The notes beneath the pieces were generated by a model. The model was not told the DNA's origin. It made no database searches and worked only from the letters and a program-made list of their open reading frames with translations. DNA of 64,000 bases from Thermoleophilia bacterium (lineage in GTDB: Bacteria > Actinomycetota > Thermoleophilia > Gaiellales > JAICJC01). Of the stretch, positions 26,034 to 34,411 are shown in pieces; the first letter of the stretch is position 1, and the number at the start of each line of letters is the position of its first letter. Position numbers and translations under genes: made by a program. The DNA lies in NCBI GenBank assembly GCA_025928655.1, contig JAICJC010000003.1:935-64934 (forward strand), given 5' to 3'.

Positions 26034-27215
26034 CTACGACCCGAGGAAGCGCAGCACGGCGAGCACCCGCCGGTGATCCTCGGGGGCGGCGGGCAGGCCG
26101 AGCTTCGCGAAGATGCTCGTCACGTGCTTCTCGACCGCGCGCGGGGAGATGAAGAGCCGGCCGCAGATGGCCTGGTTGGAGCGGCCCTCCGCCATCAGCT
26201 CGAGCACCTCCCGCTCCCGGGGCGTCAGGTCGGACACGGGGTCGTCCCGGCGGGAGCGGCCGACGAGCTCGGAGACGACCAGCGGGTCGAGCGCCGACCC
26301 GCCCTCGCCGACCCGGCGGACGGCTGCGGTGAACTCGTCGATGTCGGACACGCGGTCCTTCAGGAGGTATCCGAGCCCCTCGGCGCTGTCGGACAGGAGC
26401 TCGGTGGCATACGTGTGGGCGACGTGCTGGGAGAGGACGAGGACGCCGGTGGCGGGGTATTTCGCGCGGATCTCGCGCGCCGCCCGGATGCCCTCGTCCG
26501 TCTGCGTCGGCGGCATGCGGATGTCGACGATGGCGACGTCCGGGTTGTAGCTGCGCACCTTCAGCAGGAGCTCACCGGCGTTGCGGGCCTGCCCCACCAC
26601 CTCGATCTCGGCCTCCTCGAGCAGCCGCGCCAGTCCCTCGCGCAGGAGGGTCGAGTCGTCGGCGATCACGACCCGGGTCGCGCGGGTGTGCTCGTGGGCG
26701 TTGCGCAGCGGCGGGAACTGGGCCGGGAGGTCGTCGGCCGCGAGCTGGTACACCCGCTCGGGCTCGCGCAGGCCGTGGAACTGGTACTCGCCGAGGGTGC
26801 GGGCGATCGGCCCGAGCGGGCGGGCCGCCTCCTCCGACGCCAGCACCTGGCCACCGTGGGCGGCCTGGCAGATGCGGGCGGCGCGGTGCACGTCGATGCC
26901 GACGTAGCCGGAGCCCGAGCGCTCGGCCTCGCCGGTGTGCATCCCGAGCCGGATGCGCACCCGCTCGTCGTGCGGCCAGTCGTGGTTGCGGAATGCGCGC
27001 TGGATCTCGATCGCCGCCGTGGCGGCGTCGGCCGGCGCGTCGAAGATGCAGAAGGCCTCGTCGCCGCGGCACTCGATCTCCTGTCCGCCGGCGTCCGACA
27101 CCGCCGAGCGCACCAGCTTGCGGACGTCGCCGAGCACGTCCAGGTACTCGTCGCCGAGCCGGGTCAGGAGCCCCGTCGAGTCCTCGACGTCGCAGAACAG
27201 GAACGTGATGGTCAT
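26034..27215 (-). CDS. class-III nucleotidyl-cyclase homology domain fused to NarL/LuxR-type response regulator (CHD-REC-HTH)
   Basis: ATG 27215 overlaps the kinase stop (ATGA). The N-terminus reads MTITFLFCDVEDSTGLL..RGDEAFCIF..GIDVHRAARI..GGQVL. The REC domain follows (VVIADDS..AIVDIRMP..VLVLS). The LuxR HTH is LTPREREVLELMAEGRSNQAI. Confidence 0.85.
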   Translation of the reverse strand: MTITFLFCDVEDSTGLLTRLGDEYLDVLGDVRKLVRSAVSDAGGQEIECRGDEAFCIFDAPADAATAAIEIQRAFRNHDWPHDERVRIRLGMHTGEAERSGSGYVGIDVHRAARICQAAHGGQVLASEEAARPLGPIARTLGEYQFHGLREPERVYQLAADDLPAQFPPLRNAHEHTRATRVVIADDSTLLREGLARLLEEAEIEVVGQARNAGELLLKVRSYNPDVAIVDIRMPPTQTDEGIRAAREIRAKYPATGVLVLSQHVAHTYATELLSDSAEGLGYLLKDRVSDIDEFTAAVRRVGEGGSALDPLVVSELVGRSRRDDPVSDLTPREREVLELMAEGRSNQAICGRLFISPRAVEKHVTSIFAKLGLPAAPEDHRRVLAVLRFLGS

Positions 27216-29812
27216 GGGACGGGCAGCTCGGCCCGGATGCGGGTGCCGCGGCCGGACGGGCTCTCGACCACGAGCCGGCCGTTCAGCGTCTCGACCCGGT
27301 CGCGGAGACCGCACAGGCCCGAGCCGTGGTCGGGATCGGCGCCGCCCTCGCCGTCGTCGGACACGTCGACCAGCGCGTGGCCGTTCGCGCGCACGACGCG
27401 CACCCGGGCCGCGTCGGCGCGGGCGTGCTTGACCACGTTGGCGAGCGCCTCGGAGACGACGTAGTAGGCGGCCGCCTCGACGGGGGGCGGCAGCGGGTCG
27501 TCGACCGCCACGTCGAGCTCGACCGGGAGCGGCGTGCGGGCCGCGAGCACGTCGAGAGCCGTCGCCAGCCCGCGCTCGGTCAGCACGGCCGGGTGGATCC
27601 CCTGCGCCAGCTCGCGCAGCTCGCGCAGCGCCTGGGACAGCTCGGAGGAGACGTTGGCGACCAGCTCGCCCGCCTCGTCGGGTGAGTCGCGGATCTTGCT
27701 CTGGGCCAGCCGCAGCCCGACCGACAGCGCGACGAGGCGCTGCTGGGCACCGTCGTGCAGGTTGCGCTCGATCCGGCGCCGCTCGGCGTCGCCGGCCTCG
27801 ATGATGCGCCGCCGCGACGCGGCCAGGTCGTCGCGGGCCTGGGCGCTCGCCACCGCCAGGGCGACGAGCTCGGCGAACGCCTCCAGCCGGCGGTCGGTCG
27901 CGTCGGGTACGTCCTGGGCCTCGCGCAGGGCGGCGACGAGGGCGCCCCAGGTCGCGCCGGCGACCTGGATCGGCACGGCGATGCCGGCCTGGAACCCGAG
28001 CTGGTGCATGCGATCGGCGATGTCGCCGTGGAGCTCGGAGTAGTCCACCCGGGCCGGGGCGCCGGTGCGGCGAACCGTCGCGGTGGCACCGTCGCTGAGC
28101 GGCACCGTGTCGCCGATCGGGTATCTGGCCACCGGCTCGCCGAACTTGCCGACGATGGTCGCCGTCTTCGCGTCCTCGAACCGCAGCAGGAGGGCGGAGC
28201 CGATGTCGAGGAGCGCGCAGATCTCCTCCGTCACGGCCTGGAAGACCTCCTCCGGAGCCGCGTTGCCGGCCGCGATGGTGGCGACCCGCCGCAGCGCCGC
28301 CTGCTCCGCGGCGAGCCGGCTCAGCTCGGCCTGGGCGCGGCGCTGCTCGGTGAAGTCGCGCACGATCGTGACGACCTCGGCCGGGCCGCTGGGCACGATC
28401 CGGGCCTCGCGGCTGTGATGGACGCCGTCCACCACGAATTCGTAGTCGAACGACGCCAGCCTGCCCGACTCGAGCGCCCGGTCCATGCACGCGAAGGCCG
28501 CGTCGGTGACCTCCTGCGGCAGGAAGTCGCAGATGTTGTGGCCGATGATCTCGGCCGCCGGCAGGAACATCTCGGACTCGTCCTCGGAGTGGGCGTCGAG
28601 ATAGGTCCCGTCCCGCCCGAGGCGCAGCATCATGTCGGGGATCGCGTCCATGAGCACGCGGTTGCGGTTCTCCATCCGGCGCACCGCCTCGAGCGCGCGC
28701 TCGTTGGCGAGGGCAAAGCCCGCCGCCGCGCCGACCGCCTCCAGCAGCCCCCGGCGCAGGGCCAGGGCGCGGTCGTGGACGAGCACGCCGACAGCCTCCG
28801 CCTGGTGCAGGATCGGGGTCGCGAGACGGGCGCCGCCCGGCTCGGGCATGGTCAGCTCGCGGCCGCGGGCGTCCACGTAGCGGCCCTCCTCGCGCAGATA
28901 GCCGACCTCGAGCCCGGGGTCGCCGAGCGTGCGCCGCAGCGACGCCTGCAGGTCGGCCGCCTCCGGCCCCTCGTGCAGCTCGGCGAGCAGCTCGCCGACG
29001 GCGGCGCCGGAGAGCCGCCCGCGCAGGAGCATGACGATGAACCCCAGCGGCAGGGCCAGCGACGCCAGCAGGCCGAGCCCGATGCCGACGACGGCTGCCG
29101 GCGAGGAGACCGGCGCCAGCACCAGACCGACGGCGAAGCAGAGCAGGCCGCCCGATCCGCCGTAGAGCACCGGCGTCAGGTGGCGCCGGCTCGGCGGGGT
29201 CGCCGACCGCACCCGCCCCACGATCACGGCCGCGACGGCCAGCGCGATCAGGATCGCGATCGCGCCCTCGGCCTCCTCGAGCGCCGTCGAGAGGGTCTCG
29301 TGCGACGAGACGAGCGCGAGGTTCTCCGGGTGCGCGCTGTTCCACCGCGTCAGGGGGTCGAACAGCACGGCGACGATCTGCAGCACGACGACGTTGAGGT
29401 AGGCGGCCAGCACCAGGAGCCGGTTGCGGCGCGAGCCGAGCACCCCGTGGGGGTACGCGAGCACCGTCTCGGCGAGCACCGCGAACACCAGGTTGGCCGA
29501 GAGCACCCCGATCGTGTAGGGCAGCGCGCCGTTCGCGTCGTGCAGGGCGCCGAGGAGCGAGGAGAACCCGACCGCCGCCAGCATGAGGCCGAACCGGCCG
29601 AACGGCGGCGTCTCCAGCGCCAGCAGGCCGGCGCCGACGAACGTGACGCAGAGGACGACGCTGATCGCGGCATGCGCGACCGGCCCGGGGGCATGGTTGC
29701 TGGTGAGGCTCACGAGCGCGGCAGCGGCCGCCGCGGCGAGTGCCGTGGCGGCCAGGACGATCTGCAGCATCTCGGACCGGTCGGGAGGGCCGGCGCGGGT
29801 GCGCACCGTCAT
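27212..29812 (-). CDS. membrane sensor histidine kinase (multi-TM, PAS, GAF, HisKA_3, HATPase_c)
   Basis: The N-terminal third is hydrophobic. PAS region (NRVLMDAIPDMM..) and GAF region (LRRVATIAAG..). H-box ERRRIERNLHDGAQQRL. ATPase region YYVVSEALANVVKHA. Confidence 0.9.
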   Translation of the reverse strand: MTVRTRAGPPDRSEMLQIVLAATALAAAAAAALVSLTSNHAPGPVAHAAISVVLCVTFVGAGLLALETPPFGRFGLMLAAVGFSSLLGALHDANGALPYTIGVLSANLVFAVLAETVLAYPHGVLGSRRNRLLVLAAYLNVVVLQIVAVLFDPLTRWNSAHPENLALVSSHETLSTALEEAEGAIAILIALAVAAVIVGRVRSATPPSRRHLTPVLYGGSGGLLCFAVGLVLAPVSSPAAVVGIGLGLLASLALPLGFIVMLLRGRLSGAAVGELLAELHEGPEAADLQASLRRTLGDPGLEVGYLREEGRYVDARGRELTMPEPGGARLATPILHQAEAVGVLVHDRALALRRGLLEAVGAAAGFALANERALEAVRRMENRNRVLMDAIPDMMLRLGRDGTYLDAHSEDESEMFLPAAEIIGHNICDFLPQEVTDAAFACMDRALESGRLASFDYEFVVDGVHHSREARIVPSGPAEVVTIVRDFTEQRRAQAELSRLAAEQAALRRVATIAAGNAAPEEVFQAVTEEICALLDIGSALLLRFEDAKTATIVGKFGEPVARYPIGDTVPLSDGATATVRRTGAPARVDYSELHGDIADRMHQLGFQAGIAVPIQVAGATWGALVAALREAQDVPDATDRRLEAFAELVALAVASAQARDDLAASRRRIIEAGDAERRRIERNLHDGAQQRLVALSVGLRLAQSKIRDSPDEAGELVANVSSELSQALRELRELAQGIHPAVLTERGLATALDVLAARTPLPVELDVAVDDPLPPPVEAAAYYVVSEALANVVKHARADAARVRVVRANGHALVDVSDDGEGGADPDHGSGLCGLRDRVETLNGRLVVESPSGRGTRIRAELPVP

Positions 29813-30201
29813 CCCAGCAGCTCCCGCAGCGAGTCTCCGGACAGCTCGTCCTTCGAGAGGAACCCGCGCGCGCCGCTCTCGTCGATCAGGCCTCCGTAGT
29901 CGCTGCGATCACGGCTCGAGACCAGCACGATCGGGCGGTCGGGATCCGCGGCCAGCAGCCGCGCGGTGAGGGCGAAGCCGTCCGTGTCCGGCAGCTGGAC
30001 GTCCACCAGCACCAAGTTGGCCGTCGACACCCCGGCCATGCGCACAGCCTCCTCGCCGTCCCCCGCCTCTCCGACGACCGCGAAGCCCTCCGACGTGAGC
30101 AGCTGGCGCGCACACCGCCGGAACCCGGCGTGGTCGTCGACGATGAGGACGCGATACACGCTATGCCGCTCGACGAGCTGCTCGCGTTCCCTCGCGACCA
30201 T
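29809..30201 (-). CDS. single-domain response regulator (REC only)
   Basis: Motifs RVLIVDDH..LVLVDVQLPDTDG..PIVLVSS and no output domain. Its stop overlaps the kinase start (ATGA). Confidence 0.85.
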   Translation of the reverse strand: MVAREREQLVERHSVYRVLIVDDHAGFRRCARQLLTSEGFAVVGEAGDGEEAVRMAGVSTANLVLVDVQLPDTDGFALTARLLAADPDRPIVLVSSRDRSDYGGLIDESGARGFLSKDELSGDSLRELLG

Positions 30202-30267
30202 CCGGCTCCAGTCTAGCCTCCACGCCCCCTACTCTCGCGCAACCGGCGCCGGGCGGCAATGGAGCAG

Positions 30268-30298
30268 ACCGGCGTTCGCCGGTGCGGGTTTCCGCACC
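30268..30298 (-). terminator. twin short hairpins downstream of the ATP-grasp gene
   Basis: The hairpins are accggcg-tt-cgccggt and ggtgcgg-gttt-ccgcacc, about 30-60 nt after the stop at 30326. Confidence 0.35.
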
Positions 30299-30325
30299 TC
30301 GCGGCCACGCGGGGCCGGGGCCCGA

Positions 30326-31354
30326 TCAGGCGGGGCCCGGCCCCTGGGATTCGGCCTCGACCGCGACCTGGCCCGGCCCCGCTGCACCGGTCCCTTCCGG
30401 GATGATCACCGCGTCGTAGAACCGCGTCATCGTGATCCCGGGCGTGAACCGGCCGACGTGGGGCTCGACCCGCTCGCCGCACGCGATCCGGAGGATCAGC
30501 TCGGGGTAGCGCGAACCGGCGGCCAGCGGCAGCGGGAACGCGCCGCCGAAGCGGCAGTTGATGTCGGTTACGGGCAGGCCCTCGGGTTCGTCGAAGCACT
30601 GGATCGTGGCCGGGCCGACCAGCCGCAGCTCCTCGGCCACGCGCCGGCCCAGGTCGATCAGGCGCGGATCGGCGGTCGTCTGGCCCTTGATGGACTCGCC
30701 GCCCTTCGACTCGATCATCGTGCGGGGGATCACGTTCAGCGCCCGGCCGTCGAGGTCGCACAGGACGTCGATCGAGAACTGCTCGCCGGGGCAGAACCGC
30801 TGCACGATCACGGGCACGCCGGCGTACCCGACGAAGAACCGCACCTCGGCGAGTGTCTCGCAGCGGTAGATGTCGCGCGACGCGTAGCCCCAGCGGCGCT
30901 TCACGAGCAGCGGCAGCGGCGGGTCGGGGGGCAGCTCCTCGGGCGTCCACGTGTCGGGCGAGGGCAGGCCGGCCCGAAGGAGCGCCTCGTGGCAGCGGTA
31001 CTTGTCGAACATGGCCTCGGCCACCGCGAGATCGGGCAGGAGCAGCGCGGCGCCCGCACCCTCGATCTGGTCACGGCCGGCGACCAGCTCGACGTTGTCG
31101 AGGTCGGCCAGCGGCAGCACGGCCCGCACGCCGTGGGCGGTGACGAGCTCGGCCAGCGCCGTCACGTAGTCGGGGCTCGACGCGTGCGGGACGACGGCGC
31201 CCCGGTCGGCCTTCACCAGCGCGGGGGCGAGCGGGTTCGCGTCGACGGCGACCACGTCGCCGTCCCAGCCGAGCCCGTCGAGCGCCTCGCGGAACGCGCG
31301 CACGACGTCGACGCGCATTCCCGCGCAGGTGAGCAGCACCGAGCGCTTGCTCAC
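30326..31354 (-). CDS. ATP-grasp enzyme (CPSase-like, polysaccharide-cluster type)
   Basis: In-frame GTG 31354 overlaps the sugar-transferase stop (GTGA). Motifs LLVKRRWGYASRDIY, VIVQRFCPGEQFSIDV and DINCRFGG. Confidence 0.7.
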   Translation of the reverse strand: MSKRSVLLTCAGMRVDVVRAFREALDGLGWDGDVVAVDANPLAPALVKADRGAVVPHASSPDYVTALAELVTAHGVRAVLPLADLDNVELVAGRDQIEGAGAALLLPDLAVAEAMFDKYRCHEALLRAGLPSPDTWTPEELPPDPPLPLLVKRRWGYASRDIYRCETLAEVRFFVGYAGVPVIVQRFCPGEQFSIDVLCDLDGRALNVIPRTMIESKGGESIKGQTTADPRLIDLGRRVAEELRLVGPATIQCFDEPEGLPVTDINCRFGGAFPLPLAAGSRYPELILRIACGERVEPHVGRFTPGITMTRFYDAVIIPEGTGAAGPGQVAVEAESQGPGPA

Positions 31355-32004
31355 AGGTCCCAGCCGCCCGTCGTGCCCTTGTACGTCTCGGCGGGGCGGG
31401 TCATCTGGCCGAGCGTCCGCCACAGGATGCGCGCGTCGAGCCGCAGCGACCAGTGCTCGACGTACCAGACGTCGAGCTCGATCCGGCGCGACCACGGGAT
31501 CGACGTGCGGCCGTGGATCTGCGACCACCCGGTGACGCCCGGGCGCATGCGCAGGCGCACGCGCTGGCGGGCGGTGTAGCGCTCGACCTGCTGGAGCAGC
31601 GTGGGCCGCGGGCCGATCAGGGACATGTCGCCGCGCAGCACGTTCCACAGCTGGGGCAGCTCGTCGAGGCCGAACCGGCGGTAGAAGTCGCCGGTGCGCA
31701 GGATGCGGTCGTCGCCCTCGTTGACGGCGAAGCCGTCGCCGTGCGCCTCGGCGCCCCTGACCATGGTGCGGAACTTCAGGATCGTGAACGGCTCGCCGTC
31801 GAGCCCGGCCCGCTCCTGCCGGAAGAGCACCGGCATGCCGTCCTCGACGAGGATGACCGCCGCGAGCGCCGCCAGCACCGGGGAGAGCACGACCAGGCCG
31901 GCCGCTGCGAGGGTCGCGTCGAGGGCGCGCTTCAACGCCAGGGCGGCCGGTCGCGGCTCGAGCGCGACGGGCCGATCGCCGTTCGTTCCCGCGACCGATT
32001 CCAC
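31351..32004 (-). CDS. bacterial sugar transferase (polyprenyl-phosphate hexose-1-phosphate transferase, small PglC/WbaP type)
   Basis: GTG start and one N-terminal TM helix. Motifs LFRQERAGLDGEPFTILKFRTM, DELPQLWNVLRGDMSLIGPRP and PGVTGWSQI. Confidence 0.85.
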   Translation of the reverse strand: MESVAGTNGDRPVALEPRPAALALKRALDATLAAAGLVVLSPVLAALAAVILVEDGMPVLFRQERAGLDGEPFTILKFRTMVRGAEAHGDGFAVNEGDDRILRTGDFYRRFGLDELPQLWNVLRGDMSLIGPRPTLLQQVERYTARQRVRLRMRPGVTGWSQIHGRTSIPWSRRIELDVWYVEHWSLRLDARILWRTLGQMTRPAETYKGTTGGWDL

Positions 32005-32191
32005 CGGCCAACCTTAGCCAACGCCCTCCCCGGCAACGGGCGGCACCAACGCCTTCCATGGCGTCGGAACCGCGCCGAAGGCGATGCGCAGGGCGCGTGA
32101 AGCGTTCCGGCGAGGGCCTAGGACCAAAGTCCCGTTCATGTCGCGACCCGCGCCCGAGGCGGCGCCGCCCGGGCGCCCCTAGCGTGGAGGC

Positions 32192-32893
32192 ATGGATATC
32201 GCACTCATCACAGGCGCGTCGCGCGGCCTCGGGCTCGCGCTGGCGCAGGCGCTCGCCGACCGCGGCTACGGCCTCGCGATCGACGCGCGCGGATCGCACG
32301 ACCTCGAGCGCGCCCGGGCGAGGCTCGCGCAGACGACCGCCGTGACCGCCGTCCCCGGCGACGTCGCCGACCTGGCCCACCGCGAGGAGCTGGTGGCCGC
32401 GGCGCTGCGCATGGGCCGGCTGCGGCTGCTGGTGAACAATGCCTCGGTGCTCGGGCCGAGCCCGCAGCCCGACCTGGACGCGTACCCGCTCGGCGTGCTC
32501 GAGTCGGTGTACCGGATCAACGTGGTCGCGCCGCTCGGGCTGATCCAGCTCGCCCTGCCGGCGCTCTCGGCCGGCGGCGGCACCGTCCTCAACATCACGT
32601 CCGACGCCGGCATCGAGAGCTACCCCGGCTGGGGCGGGTATGGCTCGTCCAAGGCGGCGCTCGAGCAGCTCTCGAACATCCTCGCCGCCGAGCACCCGGG
32701 CCTGCGCGTCTACTGGACCGACCCGGGCGACATGCGCACGCGGATGCACCAGGAGGCCTTCCCGGGTGAGGACATCTCCGACCGGCCGCTCCCGGCGACG
32801 AGCGTCCCCGGGCTGCTGCGGCTGATCGAGGGCGACCTGCCGTCCGGCCGCTACCGCGCCCGCGAGCTCGACCGCTCGGAGGCGACCGCATGA
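32192..32893 (+). CDS. short-chain dehydrogenase/reductase
   Basis: Cofactor motif TGASRGLG, NNAS, and catalytic YGSSKAAL (YxxxK). Confidence 0.85.
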   Translation: MDIALITGASRGLGLALAQALADRGYGLAIDARGSHDLERARARLAQTTAVTAVPGDVADLAHREELVAAALRMGRLRLLVNNASVLGPSPQPDLDAYPLGVLESVYRINVVAPLGLIQLALPALSAGGGTVLNITSDAGIESYPGWGGYGSSKAALEQLSNILAAEHPGLRVYWTDPGDMRTRMHQEAFPGEDISDRPLPATSVPGLLRLIEGDLPSGRYRARELDRSEATA

Positions 32894-33909
32894 GCGCCGT
32901 CCCCCTCTCCGAGGCCACCTCCCCCCCGGAGCGGCGCGGCATCGCCCGCGATGCCGTGCGCCTCCTGGTCGGGCGGCCCGGCGGCGTCGGGCACGCGATC
33001 TTCCGCGACCTACCCGGGCTGCTCGCTCCGGGCGACCTGCTGGTCGTGAACACGTCGGCGACGCTGCCGGCCGCGCTCGATGCCGTCGGGCCGGGCGGCC
33101 GCCGGCTGCGCGTGCACCTCTCGACGCCCGTGCCCGGCTCCGAGCCGGCCGACGGCCGCTGGATGGTGGAGCTGCGCGTGCCCGCCGGGCCCGGCTCTCT
33201 GCCGTTCGGCGCGGGCCGGCGCGGCTGGCGGCTCGGCCTGCCGGGAGGCGGTCGCGCCCGCCTGCTGCGCGGCGGCCCGCGGCTGTGGCGGGCCCAGCTC
33301 GAGCTCCCGGCCGGCCTGCACGCCTACCTCGAGGCCCACGGGCGCCCGATCCGCTACGCCTACGCGGGCGCGGACTGGCCGATCGAGGACTACCAGACGG
33401 TCTTCGCGACCGTGCCCGGAAGCGCCGAGATGCCGAGCGCCGCCCGCCCCTTCACGCCCGGCCTCGTGGTCGAGCTGGTGGCGGCGGGGATCGAGATCGC
33501 CCCGATCGTCCTGCACACCGGTGTCTCCTCCCTCGAGACGGGCGAGCCGCCCTTCCCGGAGCCGTTCCGGGTGCCCGAGACGACGGCGCGGCGCGTGAAC
33601 GCGGCGCGCGCCGGTGGCGGCCGCGTGATCGCGGTGGGCACGACGGCGGTGCGCGCGCTCGAGTCGGCGGCGGGGCCCGACGGGACCGTCACCGCCCGCG
33701 CCGGCTGGACCGAGCTCGTGATCGACGAGGCCCGCGGCGTGCGCGCCGTCGGCGGCCTCCTGACCGGCTGGCACGCGCCGGAGGCGACCCACATCGACCT
33801 CGTCCGCGCCGTCGCCGGCCGCGACATCGTCGAGCGCTCCTACACCGCGGCAGCGGCGGGCCGCTACCTGTGGCACGAGTTCGGCGACCTGAACCTGCTC
33901 CTGCCGTGA
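32890..33909 (+). CDS. queA: S-adenosylmethionine:tRNA ribosyltransferase-isomerase (QueA)-like protein
   Basis: The ATG overlaps the SDR stop (ATGA). Motifs RDAVRLLV.., FRDLPGLLAPGDLLVVNTSATLPA and VGTTAVRALES. Confidence 0.7.
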   Translation: MSAVPLSEATSPPERRGIARDAVRLLVGRPGGVGHAIFRDLPGLLAPGDLLVVNTSATLPAALDAVGPGGRRLRVHLSTPVPGSEPADGRWMVELRVPAGPGSLPFGAGRRGWRLGLPGGGRARLLRGGPRLWRAQLELPAGLHAYLEAHGRPIRYAYAGADWPIEDYQTVFATVPGSAEMPSAARPFTPGLVVELVAAGIEIAPIVLHTGVSSLETGEPPFPEPFRVPETTARRVNAARAGGGRVIAVGTTAVRALESAAGPDGTVTARAGWTELVIDEARGVRAVGGLLTGWHAPEATHIDLVRAVAGRDIVERSYTAAAAGRYLWHEFGDLNLLLP

Positions 33910-33997
33910 GCGCTCGAGGACGTCGGCGCATGGCAGCCCCCTGCACGTGCGCCTCGTGAGCGGGTGATCGGCCCCAGGCTCGTAGAATCGCTGCCTC

Positions 33998-34411
33998 ATG
34001 GCCGGCTACTCGGGGACGCCGCTTGCGAAGAAGCTCGGGATCAAGCCCGGCGCGCGCGTCGCGCTCGACCAGGCTCCGCCCGGTTGGGCCGTCCCTGACC
34101 TGCCCGAGGGCGTCGTGCCGGCCGCGGACACCGATCCGGCCGACGTCATCGTCGCGTTCTTCCGCGAGGCGGCCGAGCTGCCGGAGCGGCTCCCGTTGCT
34201 CGCGCGCCGCATCTTTCCTGCCGGCGGGCTGTGGCTGGCGTGGCCGCGCAAGGCCGGCGGCCACAGCTCGGACATCACCGAGAACATCCTGCGCGACCAC
34301 GCGCTGCCGCCGGGCATCGTCGACAACAAGGTGGCCGCGATCGACGACGACTGGTCGGGCCTGCGGGTCGTCTGGCGGCTCGAGCACCGCTCGGGCCCGC
34401 CCCCTCGCTAA
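33998..34411 (+). CDS. DUF3052-family protein
   Basis: The N-terminus MAGYSGTPLAKKLGIKPG and the ~137 aa length are typical of DUF3052. Confidence 0.65.
   Translation: MAGYSGTPLAKKLGIKPGARVALDQAPPGWAVPDLPEGVVPAADTDPADVIVAFFREAAELPERLPLLARRIFPAGGLWLAWPRKAGGHSSDITENILRDHALPPGIVDNKVAAIDDDWSGLRVVWRLEHRSGPPPR

Noticed and set aside
24612-27464. 950-aa plus-strand ORF and the 1103-aa minus-strand ORF 26034..29345
   Set aside because: Both are Arg/Gly/Asp/Pro-rich. They lie antisense to, or out of frame with, the MFS, CHD-REC-LuxR and histidine-kinase genes. Only the 3' 1182 nt of 26034..29345 is a real gene.
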